Positions 1 to 15,340 of a DNA stretch of 64,000 nt are shown here, piece by piece. Each line of letters begins with the position of its first letter. Position 1 is the stretch's first letter. The position numbers and the translations under genes are program-made. The notes beneath the pieces are model-generated. The model searched no databases. It was not told the DNA's origin and saw only the letters and a program-made list of their open reading frames with translations. Source of the DNA: Chrysomallon squamiferum (lineage: Eukaryota; Animalia; Mollusca); NCBI GenBank assembly GCA_012295275.1, contig CM022670.1, positions 35,650,001 through 35,714,000 on the forward strand, given 5' to 3'.

Positions 1-142
1 CCATTTATTTGGCTAGCTTGCATATGTAGGAGACTCAGATTTCTGAATATAAAGGTTGTTATATATATATATATATTTACAAAATAAAGCAACAAATAAG
101 GGAGAAAGAGAGAGAGATACTGTAGTTTTAATATCATTAAAC

Positions 143-992
143 CTTTTCTTCCTTCAGTTTTTCTTTTTTCTTTCTTTCCTCTTCTTTGCGAGCTGCTTCT
201 TTCTTTTTCTTGTCTTCTTTTTCTTCTTTCTCTTTTTCTGTACTTTGTGAACTAGATGAACTAAAAGTACAAAACAAAGTGTAATAGAAATCCTGCAACA
301 GGTAATATCCAACACATACGAACCGAATGTTTATCTGTGAGTTTGTGTATGCTTGCATTTATAAATATTAAAATGTTATATATGTTTGTGTCTATCTATA
401 TTATAATATTCTAAGAAAGAAATAATGTTTATTAACACATACAAAATATGTATAAATATATTAAATAATATTAGTATGATATATAGAAAACCTTGGCAGT
501 GATTTAAATAAAATGTACTTTTGTGTTGGCTATCTATATTACTAATTTACAATTATTTATACATGTGTATGTGTGTGTGTGTGTGTGTGTGTGCGTGCAT
601 GCATGCATGAGTGTGTTTGATATTTTAAACTTACGCTGAAACATAATCATCAACATCTGCATATTCCTCTTCCATTTCTCCTTGCTGTGAAAATTTGTGT
701 AAGACTTTAGAAACATTATAATAAGTCATTTATGGGGACAGCACATTTCCCAATCAAAAAAACCATAAAATAGAATAAAATAAGTTTCAACTCACACTGA
801 TAATACTGTATTAATAAAATTAAATTAAGAAAAATCAATTTGAAATGTAAATTTACAAAATAGATTAAAACAAATGATAACTCTTTTCACACACTCTATC
901 ATCTCATTTACTGTTTTTTTTTTTTGTATCTTTATTAAGAATATTTATTAGTGAAAGAAATGCTAGTATGTATATGTGCCTGGGAGTGTATT

Positions 993-1032
<40 letters not shown>

Positions 1033-1132
1033 TACACACATATATATATATACATTTGTGTGTCTGTGTGTGTGTAAATGTGTGTGTCTGTATATGCAAG
1101 CACACATATGTGTGTGTGTGCATGTGTGTGTG

Positions 1133-1223
<91 letters not shown>

Positions 1224-4200
1224 TAACTGAACTTACCACAGCAACAGCACAGTCATCATACTCTAACTCTGTTTCTGAAATTACAGTGAATAACAATCAA
1301 AAATCAGGTGTAACCATGCATTCATTATATGAATGTATAGAAAGATAGACAGATAGATAGCGAGACAGATAGACAGTTAGATAGATAGACCGATAAACAG
1401 ACAGATAGATATACAGATAACCCAACTGATTATTTAAAATATTATTAAATGAATTTCTGCTTTCAATATGATAATGCTCAAGAATATCAACAACAGTAAC
1501 CATAACATTCTTCTTATTTTAGTTTAAATGAAATTGTGTACATGCAAATTTTCTGTTTTATTACCTCCATCATTACTATTTCCTTTGTTGCTTGTTTCCT
1601 CAGCTGTCTCGCTCTAAAAGAAAATATAACTGAATCAGTTTGATCAGACAGAAATAATTTTTTTGGTTGAATATTGTCTTTAGTTTATTTTGTTCTTCTT
1701 TATTTTTGTACTTATTCTTGTTCTCTTGATTTTGTTCAGGTTTTTATTTAATTGAGATTTTATTTTTATTTTTATTGTTTTTGTTATCTGATGATAAAAA
1801 CAGTCTCTTTTTTATATATAAATAACATTTTACTCTATTATTAGGTAAAAAAAAAAATCTCATCAATATTTAAAATATTTTCTGAAAGTCTCTCACTTTC
1901 TGTCTTTTCTTCTTCTCTTTCTCTTCCTTTTCTTTCCTCTCTCTCTCCTTCTTCTCTTTAGCCAGCCTCTCCTACATTGTATACAACAGTTTATAAAAAT
2001 GAGTTCACAAAATCACTGATATCTCGAGCTAACAAATTATTCTGAGAATGAAATAAACTTTATTAAATTTTCACAACATAAAAAATAAATATGTCTTAAA
2101 ATTGGAACTGCCTAGTGATATATTAATACACACATGAATTTTATTTTATTTTTTATTATTATTTTTTTAATGAATGGATGACATGTGTGCAATTTAGAAC
2201 TAAAAAAAAAATGCTAAATTATGAATGAAAGCATTTTGAAACTGTTTTTTAAAACCTGAAGTAAAAAAACAACATGATTGGAGTGACAGGAAGCAAAATA
2301 AATGGAAAAATCATACTGGAAATTTAAAAAAAAAAGATAATGGCACCCTTTCTTTGGCTATTGTATTCAGTTTCATTACTTTAATAATAAATTCATTTAT
2401 AAATATCATTATTATATATATTTTTAATATTTTTGATTCAGTCTGATAAATCTTGAAATTCATCCATCCTGTTTTACCCCTGACACATGTGTCAACCAAG
2501 AGAGTAGTAACAATTTTTAAAATATTTTTAGTTATCAAGTCTCTCTGAAAAGTGAGATGTAGCTCACAAATTGACAGTGACTCAAGGAACAGTGGATCAA
2601 CTCTTGTTAACAGACACACTAGGCTATTTCTCAATACAGTCAGTACTCCACTACTGGTTTAAAAAAAACCTGTGGTATGTGCTGTTCTGTGTGTAGGTTG
2701 GTTAATATAGAAGATTCTTGCTGATAATCAGCCTACAAATTGATGGAAGCAGGTTTCCTTTCTAATTATGAGAAGGGATCCTTAACCAGCAGTTTGATGC
2801 AATTTAATCATAAATAACATGTGTTCAGTGCATCATTAAATAAAACATTTTCTTTGTTTCTTTGTTTGAACAGTGAGAAAGAAGTGCTGAAATTTATTAA
2901 TAGTGTTGATATTTAATTATGAATAAAAAAAAACCTTTTCTTGTTTCAGTTTCTCTGCCTTTTCTGCTTTCTCTTTCTTCTCTTGTTCTTTGCGAGCCGC
3001 TTCTTTCTTTTTCTTTTCTTCTTTCTCTCGTTTTAATTTTTCTTTCTTTTCTTTTTCAGCTCTTTCCTTCTCTTCTTTTTCCTTTTTGGCATCTTTAGCT
3101 GCGGCATCACTGGAAAATTTTAAATTTTCAAATAATTTTCAAATTTTACTGTCTGTTTTAATGAAGCTCTTAATAAATATTTAGTAATTAAAGTAGTAAT
3201 ACAAAATAAATTTTCGACCTCATTTATTTTTCTCTCAATAATATGTCTAACAAAATATGGTTTCTGCTCAGTTTTAAATTCAGATATAAACAGTAGTAAC
3301 TGATATTCTTCATCTTAGTACTATGCTGTATTTTTGTCATAAAACATAAAACAAATGCATAAAACATTAAACATAAAAATAATACTGTTGTGATAATAAA
3401 CCTATTTATTATTACTGTTACAAATATATAATTATATATTATTATAAGTACAAAAATTATTTAAGTGGTTATAAATATTATTATTATTGTTATTTCATCT
3501 ATATATACATGGATATTAAACTTATTAAAAACTATTTTGAAAGTTATAAAAATTTTCTTTTTACAAAAATGAAAAAAAAGAAGATTTTATTAGCATATCT
3601 GGATTAAAACAACAATAAGTGCCACTATTTAAGTACTAAATACTCAAACTCACTCAACATCATCAACAAATTCTTCATAAACCTGATCCATTTCACCTTC
3701 CTAGAAAAAAAAAATAATAATAATAATAATAATAATAATTAATTACTTCACCAGACAAAACACTTTTTTTCATTATTTTTATATAATACAAAGATTTTAC
3801 ATAAACATATTTATGTTTTTATTTTGTTTTTCATCATCATCATCATCATCATCAGTGTCCAGCCATGGTGTCCTGTTGTTGGGTGAAAGCCTTGTCATTT
3901 TGTTTCCACATCCTTCTGTCTCGGGCTGTCCTCTGCTAGATGGTTATTTTCCTGATGGTTTCTTTCTGGTTCATCTCTCCTTGGCCTCACTGGTCGTTCT
4001 CTGGATCGTTTTTGTTTGTATAGTTTCCAAGTGGTGGTACGTAATGTCCAACACTTATACCCATATCTCATTATTACATAACTTGTCCATGTCCTTTTAA
4101 CTGTTACGTTTAACTGCATTAACATAATTGTATTATTTAACATCACAGTTTCATGAAGTCTGATTTTTAAAAAAGTTATTTGTTAGTTTGATTTTGTGTA

Positions 4201-5921
4201 TATATAATAGTGTTGGATACAAAATGTTTTCCAGTTCAGGTCATTTCCTAATAGCTCAGTTATTAAAGGCCAAATTATCATAATCCCAGTTTTATTTCTT
4301 TCTGTGGAAGTTGAATAAATACACTTACATATAATTATGTGACATATGCTAGGTGAGTCTTTAGTAAATTATATTACCTGTCCTGTAAAATATTTAATAC
4401 TTTAATGATATTCATCATGTTCTTTAATGTCTCTAAAGTGAGTTTGAAGTGTATATTCTTAAATATAACATATATATATTAAATCAGTAATAAATATCAA
4501 AATTACCAATATACTTGAACAGTGCTTTAACACTGTAAGAAGCAGTTATTTAAGTAATTTATAATTCTAAAATTACAGTGATAACGTTTCAGAAAGAAAG
4601 TTTTCTGCTACCACTCCATATAATTTTTAGCACGTTATCTGTTCCTTCTCATAGACAGCAAAGAACTCCCTGACAAAGTCACATGGCAAATAACTACTCC
4701 AACACTTAGCTGCATTTGATGTATATAATATTTATGGTTAAAGATCATTATTAGAAAAATTGATGTCCCAGGTTTTAAAATAATAACTAACCACAATTGC
4801 TGAGTCATTATCATTGGTTTCCTGTATCAGCTTGAAGCCTCCACCTGTGGATAAAAAAACAAAAACTTCATTATTCACCTCAATGTAATTGTGGATAGTA
4901 AAAACATGGTAAAATTTTTACTTCTATTTATTCATATAATATTATTAATATAACAAAATTTATATATATTATAAATATATTATGAATTACATATTTTGTT
5001 AATATATTTTCTGTAAAAACAGATATTATTCATATATATTTTATGTAAAAATATATATTTTTTTATTTTTTCTGTTTAAAATTTATATAATTATTAATAT
5101 ATTTTATAAATGTAAAAATTTAAGATTATATATATTAAAATACATGATATATTAATCTCTTTTTTTCCTGTTTTAAATTGAATATGTTATTATAAAAACT
5201 TTGTGTGTCAGATATAAAATATATTTTTTATTCTTCAAAATGTACATATATTATAGTACCAGTGTGTCAGAAAAATATAACAATATTAATTTTGAATAAA
5301 CAACATAATCCAGGGAAATCAAGTATGGATCTATGTAAGAAGGATAGATCCACATAATTATGTTGAGTGCCTGCATTTGTGGTGTGAATATGAGGATGTA
5401 CAAGATGATTAGTGTTGGTGTTAAATTTACCAGATCCTGAAGCAGACGCAGACGCAGAACCAGACCCACTTGTCTGGTCTGACCCCAGCTCTTCTTCTTC
5501 AGTCATGTCTGGACTGTAACAACAACAACAGTTTCACTTTATACACGTTTAGTAACAGTTTCACTTTATACACATAAAGTAACAGTTTCAATTTATACAC
5601 ATGAAGTAACAGTTTTTTCACTTTATACACATTTAGTAACAGTATTACTTTATTCATATTTAGTAACAGTTTCACTTAATACATATTTAGTAACAGTATC
5701 ACTTTATACATATTTAAAAACAGTATCACTTAATACACATTTAGTAAGTTTCACTTTATACACATTTAGTAACAGTTTCACTTTATACATATTTAATAAC
5801 AGCATCACTTTATACATATTAATAACCACTTTATATTACTAATATTACTCTATACATATTTTTTGCTAAAGCAGAGTCCATAACACTTCTTAATGTGTAT
5901 CTGTTATATGTTTTTATGTGA

Positions 5922-5979
<58 letters not shown>

Positions 5980-6339
5980 ATGTGTGTGTGAGGGTCTGTG
6001 TGTAGTCAAAGAAATTTGTCTTACATGAGTGAGATTCGATTTGCAGGGCACGAACCTCGAGCAAAACTTTCCACATCATCATACAGATCTTCATCCTCTT
6101 TATAAAGAAAAACAAATATCAGTTGCATTACATAAATATATGCATGCATATATATATAGATATATATAAACAGACAAATTTAGACACATGGATAAACACA
6201 CACATATACATATAAATACATGTACTTATGTTTATTAAATATATACACATTCATATTTATGTGTGTGTGTGTGTGTATGTATATATATATATATATATAT
6301 TCAATGTTAAAATAATACTGAAACAGAAACAAACAAAAT

Positions 6340-6379
<40 letters not shown>

Positions 6380-9263
6380 GTTGCTTACCAGTAAACAGTT
6401 ATAAGTAAAGGAAGACTAGATTTGATAAAAAAAAACCATAAAATTATGAAATTGTTAAAAATGTACATGTTTGTTAAGAGTTATAAGGAGAATCTTTCAA
6501 TAAAATATTTTTGATCCAAATATTAAGAAGAAAAAATAATATGTGTATATATATATATATATAAGCATAATGCATAATAACAGTATATAAATATACTTAA
6601 CACTCCACACAGAATCCTCAGACTGTGGTTGCAAAAAGAAAAATGGCCATCTTTACACACTATTATTAACAAGGATAGAATCAACACTAGCAGATCATAA
6701 AATACAACCAATGTTTTCATTATTATTATTATTTTAGAGTTTAGCCAAATTTTAGTCAAAAGAGATATATTAAATAGCAAAGGTAAATTTCATAAAATAA
6801 TATTAATCGTCTGGATCGATGCAAATTTTAAAAAACCAAATAAACATACCATAGAAGAGTTCCTGAACTGCCTTCTGATATTCCTCTACAATCGTTGTGA
6901 TGTCAATGTTAGCAGGTCTGCGTGGCTTCATTGGAGCATTGTGATTTGATATCAGTGTGCCTTTGCTAATCAGTTTAAACTTTTTGTCGTCACAATTTCT
7001 TGACTTGACGGCCATTCTTGAAATTCGTTTCTTTGTACTCTTTTTTCTAAGAATTTCATTGTTTTCCTCCGATTTACTATCAGTTGTTGTGTCTCCAGGC
7101 TTTTGTACATGATTGCTCTGAAATGTTACTTTAACAATATCACTTGACCGGCTGTAGGTTTTGGTTGATCTTAGCTGGTTTTTGAGGTTGGCTAAAATTT
7201 CGCTGCCCTCAGATATATTGTTCTTTTTACCTTGCTGAGTCTCCCTGAATGTTCCATCAGAACCTGATTTGTCTGATTTGTCAGGCACCCTTGGAGTGTC
7301 TGTCTTGTCTTGGAATGATGATGAGCTTGTTACTTTATTTCCTCCCTCAGATTTATTCTGAAAACTTTTCACATTGTGGTTGTGATCCTCAGCAGGTTTG
7401 TTCATCTCTTCTTTCACACCAGGTGGAGTCCACACTTTGTTATTTGCCAAACCACCGGGTGTTTTTTTAGAAACTGCTGGTGGGGCAGGAGATCTGCCTG
7501 CAACAGGGGGTGGGACAGGAGACTTTTCTTTAACAGGGGGTGGGACAGGAGACCTTTCTTTAACAGGAGGAGGGACAGGAGACTTTTCTTCAACAGGAGG
7601 AGGGAGAGGAGACTTTTCTGTCTTATTAGCAGCAAACCTGTTAAAAACTGGAGGAGGTGTCTTCTTATCTCCAAACGGAGATGGTTTGTCACCAGTATGA
7701 GAGGGTGAGGTGAATTTATTTGGAGTGCGAACATCTGTCCCACCAGAATAAGTCTTAGTTTCACTGCCATCATTGGCCACAGCCTGGGGAAACCTGTTGA
7801 GAACCGATTTGCCTGGTTTGTTCATGACTGGTGGCTTGGAACCTCCAAACAAGGCTGCCCGATCTTTGATAGCACTGGGTTTTATGTTACAGGCACTGTC
7901 ATCAATACCATCAGCCTGCCCAGTAAATAAATATACATTATACTCTGTCAGGTATATACATATATGCGTACATAAACATACACACATACATTTAAGCATA
8001 TACACATACATTGTCTATGTGCAGAGTTTATTCAGACATACATAAGACAGAGAATATTCAAAATCCTAAACTACATACATACATACATGCAATACATTCA
8101 TACATACATAATACATCCATACATACATACATACATCATACAAATATACATACATATATGCATAGATATATACATACATATGTATGTACATTAATACATA
8201 CATACATTCACAAATATATACATATGTACAGAAATGCATTATGCTTATGTAAAGACAGACTGACAAATAACCAGGCAGGGAGACATACAGAAACATATAC
8301 ACATACATGTGTATATGTGTATACATTATAAACTGTCATGTATATATCTGCATAGAAACAAATAAAATATTCATTGTTAACTATGAAACTAATATATTTG
8401 TGCCTACGAACAGAAAATACACCATAAATTATTAAGTGTATACTGCAGTAAATTATAAACTACTTTACAATACAGCTATAAAAATAAACTGAAAACACTC
8501 ACTGATACTTGTCATGTGAAAATAAACATTAAACAAAGATTATAAATTATCATATTACTTATCTAACTGTGATAATAATATTCTTACAAGTGTTTTAATT
8601 ATCACTGTAAATTATTTATCCAACTAACTTTAAGTAGGTGTGATACATTGTTGCTTTAGAAAATCTTAATCTGTAGTGAAATTAGTTTCAAACAGAAGAT
8701 AAATATATTCTCATTTGATAATTTTCAAAAGCGTGTCATGGTTATAAAAAATATAAAATTAATTAATAAAGCACATTCATAAACACATGTAAAGTTAGTA
8801 ATATGGAATAACCAGCAATCACTATTTTGATATTTTATATAAAATAAACATTGACATTTATAATTATTTTAATAACTATTAATAATGTAAATAAATAAAA
8901 GTGCCAAAGAATTACTCATTTTAAATATATTATATAAAACAGTGAAACTGATGTATTTATGATCAATTCTATTATTTAGATAATAACCTTTTAGTTCATA
9001 AACTAAGTCCATAATTAAATTAAATTAAACAAATTGAATAAACACTATATTTTACATTGGCTCTACTTTATTTCAACACTTTAGTTCATATTTTTAACAC
9101 AATTAATGAAATGAAAATACAGTGGTACCTTGACTTACGAGTTTAATTCGTTCCGTGACTGAGCTCGTATCTCAGTTTGCTTGTATATCAAATCAATTTT
9201 CCAAACAAGAAATTATTTGAAACACCATTAATCCATTCCAGCCCTCCAAAAACAACCCCATTT

Positions 9264-9294
<31 letters not shown>

Positions 9295-10256
9295 TTTGTA
9301 ACATGTTTTTAAATAAGAAAATTGTATTTATAAAAGACAAATATTGTATAAAAACCAAAATAAAAGAGGATATATAGAAATAAATTGGTTTTGTAAAGTG
9401 TTTTCATCTTGGAGATCAGACAAATTAATTTAATGCCTTTATCAATTCCTTCAGCTTCAGTCTGGTACACATCGAAGAAGACAAACACGAGCACAACACA
9501 TCAGAGATGCTTCCACAACAAGGTAACCACATGAAGGGGATGAATGAGTTGTGATATGCTGGGTGGATGTTATGTTGTTCATTGCACCAACTAGTGGCAA
9601 TGTATCTGATGCTTACTCATAACTCGGATTTTGGCTTGCAACTCAAAGCAAAAAATCGACTGGGCAACTACTCGTAACTCAAAAAACTTGTAAGTTGGGT
9701 ACCACTGTAGTTTACTAGGAGCCAGGCCATTACAAAATATAACTAACTTGTCCTAGTTCATTGTTAAATATCAGATTAGTAGACATAAAATATTCAGTAC
9801 TAAATATCAGACTGGTAGACATAAAATATTCACTATCATACTTACTGATATATATATGTGCATATGAAAAAAAAAAATATCCATAACAATTGCAACCAAA
9901 TTTGTAAAAATAGATTAGTACATTTTGCTTCTTAGATTAATAGAACAGAAACAAATAACATTTTTAGTATCAAAATCAGTAGATGCTGTCACAGAAATTA
10001 AAACTGCTTGTCACAACCAGTAGAATATTTTGTAATTTTGATAAATAAATTAGATATTGTATCAACTACACTGTTAAATGACAACAATGTTTCCTGTCTG
10101 TATCAGATGAGTGATGGATACAGTTCTGATGATTTAATGAAATGTTGTTTGTTTTGTAAACAAAATGTCAGCATTGCTGCTGATTTACATCAACTGTCAG
10201 TTCATTTTGTTTATTTGTCTGGGGCTGTAATTACCCTATTTTATTTTTTAATTTTT

Positions 10257-10302
<46 letters not shown>

Positions 10303-10843
10303 TATATATTTATGTACATGTGTGCACTGACAGATGGATAGATGCAATGATGCATGTAATTATTATTAGTATATTTTTGTGTATGTGTGTGTGTGTTTGT
10401 AAAAAATGTCTGAGGTTTGTCTGTGTTTGTTATCATTTATTGATTTATTCCTTATTATTTTAATGTTTGTTCTATTTTTATATAATAATATCAGTGCATT
10501 CTTTTATTATTATTTATTATCTTTTTTTTTTAAATGTTGTTATCACATATTTGTTTTAAAATTTACAAAAACGTTAATATTTTAATTTTGTGTTATATTT
10601 TTCATTCATTTATTTATTTTCATTTTATTTCATTCCAGTTCATTACATTAATTAATTTATTTCATTTTGTCTTTTTATTTCACTTAATTTTTTTAATTTT
10701 TATTTTAATTAAATATTTTTTTATATTTTAATTTTAATTTTAATTTTAATTCAATTTAGTTCATTTCAATTCACTTCAGTTCAGTTCACTTAATTATTTA
10801 TTTTACTTAATTTTTTTTTTTTTAATCTTTTATTTTTAGTATT

Positions 10844-10874
<31 letters not shown>

Positions 10875-12568
10875 CAATTACAAAATACACTGAATCTGTT
10901 ACACTAAACACAAAAGTTTATATCAATGACCACTTATAAGCTGCATGATTGTTTCAGGAAGTCTATCTCTATTGTAATAGGGAAAGAGGAAGCTCGTGTT
11001 TGGTGAGAGCAGAAATCCAAGCACAGCAAACAGTCACTGTCAGTGAGACAGTTCTAACATAACCCATGCAGTGTTCTAGCCTGACCTACAACAGCTATTT
11101 ATACCCCAGTACTTCATTCTTCTTAGTAGATAACACATACCTGCCCAGATCATTTATTTAACATTAAAAGAGTTAGTTATAAGACACACAGAGAGACATG
11201 AATATGATTTATAACTCAAAGACAACCAAATTAATATTAAATAAATACTGTGTATTATCATGTCTACTCTGTTCATAAAAGTCTACATTTATAAACAGTA
11301 TTTATGCCAAATACCTACAGGAATTTAAAATTAAAAACAGATAAAGTATTTTATGTGTTTTGTTTCGAAAAGAAAACATTTGGGAATCATTTTAGACAGT
11401 TTTATGCCAAACACAGATGAGTAGCTGAGTTTTGTTTGACAAGTTAAAAGATATTTTGAGTCAAATTAAAATTAGTTAAATTATAATGAACGTTTTAGGT
11501 TTTAGAAAACCACTGAGTAAATAGATTTAAGATTTTCTGATATAACTTTTCTTTATTGATTTTCTGGTTTTACTGCAAATTTAAAAATAAAAAATAAAAA
11601 ATAAAAAATAATAATTATCTACCATCCAGCTTTTGGTCATAAGACCTTCTGAAGCTGAAGGCAAATTTTGTAAATATTTAAAACAAAAAATACACAACTG
11701 TTAGGCATATGATTTTTCACTGGTAATGAAGGTACAAAAAATGTGAAATAATTAAAACTAGTTATTACATGACAGTTAATTATGAGTCATATATCATATA
11801 TGCTAACATATTTTGGATGGTGCTTAGTTTTAATTTTACACTTTTTATTTTTTGCAATATGCATTAATTTTTTTTTTTTTTTTTTTTTAATTTACTTAAG
11901 TTAAAAATATATATATAAAGATTTTTAAGTGTATTTAACACAAAAAAAAGAGCAATAAGAGCAATAATTCATCTAAAATGAAAAATACAATGCATATATA
12001 AATTTTATTATTCTACTTACTGCTTTTTTTTTTTTTAAAGAGAAGCAATAATTGATTTAATTTTAAAAAAAACAAAAAAAAAGAAACAAAAACAACAATT
12101 TATTCAAGAGGTTCTAATCAACCGAGCCATTTCAGTTTCAGTTTTGACTGGTGAATTTAAAACCTGTCACCAAACCCTGACTGAATGTAACGAGACCTCC
12201 TGCCCCGAAGTAAAAGATTTTTGAAGGATGTTATAATTGACACACCCAACAGAACTTCATTATTTCTACATCGTAACTGTAAACCAGTTCAGTGTGCTCA
12301 GTGATTGTCATAGACTTTCTAAGCTGCATCTCATTTTGAATGATGCATCATGGTGTGCATGAGTACATATGCATCTATATATTATACAGGGTGGCCCAAA
12401 ACTAGGTTTACAGTTGTTAAGCAATTTATTTTAAAATATAAGCATTAAACAGAAACTGTTTAATCTCTCAGCTGCTCAAAATGTCCTTCAACATTGTATT
12501 TTATGTTAACTTCAAGCATATAAATGATATGTTTAATATTTGTAAACCTACTTTTGGGCCACCCTGTG

Positions 12569-12611
<43 letters not shown>

Positions 12612-14915
12612 ATGTGTATGTATCTATGTATGTATGTGTATGTATCTATGTATGTATGTGCATATGTATCTGTGTGTATGGGTTATATATATATATATAT
12701 ATACACACACATACATACATCTATATTACACACACATTCACACACATAAAGGAAGATAGATAGATTATACCGACAGATAGATAGACAGACAGACAGATAG
12801 ATAGATAAATATATATATAAAGAGAGAGAGAGCAACATACACACATAATTTTGCTTTTTGTTAAGGGCCAAAGCTTGAATGATAAGCTGTATCAGTACTG
12901 GAGCAAAATTTTGCATGTCTAACTTCCTTAATTCTTTCTGTTGACAGTTCTGCTCAAAATACACTTTGCAACGACAAAGCAGTGGAGTGGAAAACACACA
13001 AACAAGTCTCATGGCTGACTATCACCTAGTAAATGCAACTGTCTACACAGGCTTGTATAAAGAAACATAAACAAAGGACGTTATAAATATACATGCAATC
13101 ATAAGCTTATATTTAATATACCTGAATGAATGTGTATGTATATAAGTACACACATACAAAAATACCGTATTTTAATATTTTTTGTAAAGAGTTTTTCCTT
13201 TAGAATGTAAAAGCAGAATGACAATACAGATAAAAAAAATATATATATGTGTGTGTCATGTGACTCATAATAAGTCATCACTGTCCTGTCATGACAGGTT
13301 TCTGTGTCAAAAACAGGATGAAACATTTGGCATCATGCTTCACCGGGCACAGTTTAGATAGCAGTTTCTGTTTTCTGTGCACAAGATGATATAACTAAAG
13401 GAACAGCCATGATAGGATGCAGGATCTGTCCTTAACAGTCCCACATTTCAGACATTATCACATTTAGCTGTTGGCAAAGGATTATCTAAGGCATATTTAC
13501 AGCCTATGGGAAGGTGCAAAGAAAATATTCTTTTGTGCTAATTTTCAAAAATAAGTGTTTCAAGGATGATGAGAATGAGTTTCCTCTCATGAATGGTCAT
13601 TAATTATGTTTGACATTTAATCATTTTTAATATTTAAACTAATAATTTTAATTATTTCAATACAAAACATGCTAGTGACAAGCTATAGAATTTACATCTT
13701 TATAATCTTAATGGTTTGTGGTTTCAAACTCATTGCTTGTCAAAAATCAAATAAATAATAATTCATTTTTGGTTACATATTATTTTTTTTTTTTAACTTA
13801 ATTATGATGATCTATTTACCTTAATATTTAATGAGTGCTCTTTGTTTAACAAAGGAAGGAGTGATTGAACCATCTTGTACTTACAGGTCATTGTAAAATC
13901 TCTGTATTTCATCTGTACATGCAACAGAGAAAGTCAGATATACATTTTTCTATGGTTAAAATCTTGATAGAAATAACTTTATTAAAAGAAAATCCTTTGT
14001 TATCTTAGCCAACAGTGTATCAAAAAGAATAAAAATAAAAATAATTATGTTTAAATATAGATACCAGACTGAGTTATCCAGGAAGTCTGGATAATCAGTG
14101 TCACCTGAATTTTTCTGGGTTTTCTGCTCTTTTCTGGACCAAAGTTTGATATGTATTTAAAATATAAACTAAAGAAGGAAAAGTTAAGAACAAAACTGAA
14201 TTTAACAAATACAAATTAATGGACTTCTAATGCCAGTTTTCTGTTAATTTGCCTATCTGGAAGCCAGATAAATGGTCTGATATCTATATTTATATATCCC
14301 CTGTGTGTGTATATGTGTATGGGTGTGTGTGTGTGTGTGTGTGTTTATATAAGTGCATGTATGTGTGCATGGGATATGTTTTACCACAACAAATTTGGCT
14401 TACTTCTCAGTAATTAAACTTTCTCTAAATATTAATTAACAATCAAAAATGTTTTTTTTTTTTCATCCAAGCACAAATATATTTTAGAAATTACCTTGCG
14501 TACAAGCAGATAAGTGTAAGACTTCTGCATTTTTGTTTGTCTAGTCCTGTTCATTATTGACAAAAATTTAGTAATAAATTCAACAAGCTCGATCTCCAAA
14601 CAGATTTTTCTTTCTAACATTAAGAACAAACTAAGCAAATGATTTCTGGATTATGCTCAGTGAACTCAAGTTGATACACAGAACCTGGCTAATATGATTA
14701 GGTCATACAGATTGAGCTGGATATCTACATAAATCTGTGTGTATGGAGAGAGTGTATGAATGAAAGTTAATACCTCTCATACATGTACTTGCCTCTGGTC
14801 ATACAGATTTGAACCTATTTGCCCTCAGGTAATTGCACCTCCATATACACAATGATGTACCTTGGCTTGACGTTACTTCATGTTAATTAGATGGTAATTT
14901 TGAAATTGTTTTAGA

Positions 14916-14955
<40 letters not shown>

Positions 14956-15302
14956 TTCTAGAAGTTATTTCTTTCATCATTTTTGTGGCTAATTTTTCTT
15001 TTCACTAAACATGGAACTGAAACAGACTTTCCAAAATATGTCTGAATATCAATAAACAATATTTATCTGACATATATTTACTATTTACAGTGAATAACAG
15101 ATATTGGTATAAAGTTACTTTAAACTGTTTGTCTGCGTAATGCCATAGCCATAAGTAAGTAAACTTAAACCTCCTCACTGAAATTTAAAAGATAATGTTA
15201 CCAAATAGTTAAATTTTCTTGTCTACTTAAGTTAAAAATATACTGCTTTAAAATGTTAACTCAGCGATTGCTAATTTGTAATTTTATGTTTATATATATA
15301 TC

Positions 15303-15340
<38 letters not shown>

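Noticed and set aside
904-1348. ORFs rich in CV/HT/YI (also 8011-8331, 12481-12763, 21131-21427)
   Set aside because: Translations of (TG)n, (TA)n and (TACA)n microsatellites; only the 38-bp exon 1274-1237 is coding.
4600-4712. Possible extra FYB-like exon (atgcag|CTAAGT..., LSVGVVICH...RNR*)
   Set aside because: Stops after 24 codons, no recognisable motif, and the flanking exons join in phase without it.
7249-7773. Overlapping antisense and alternate-frame ORFs
   Set aside because: Shadows of the GC-richer repetitive FYB-like exon.
10930-11150. ETS-motif cluster as a haemocyte enhancer
   Set aside because: Short motifs (caggaagt, gaggaagc) are expected by chance; cannot be supported from sequence alone.
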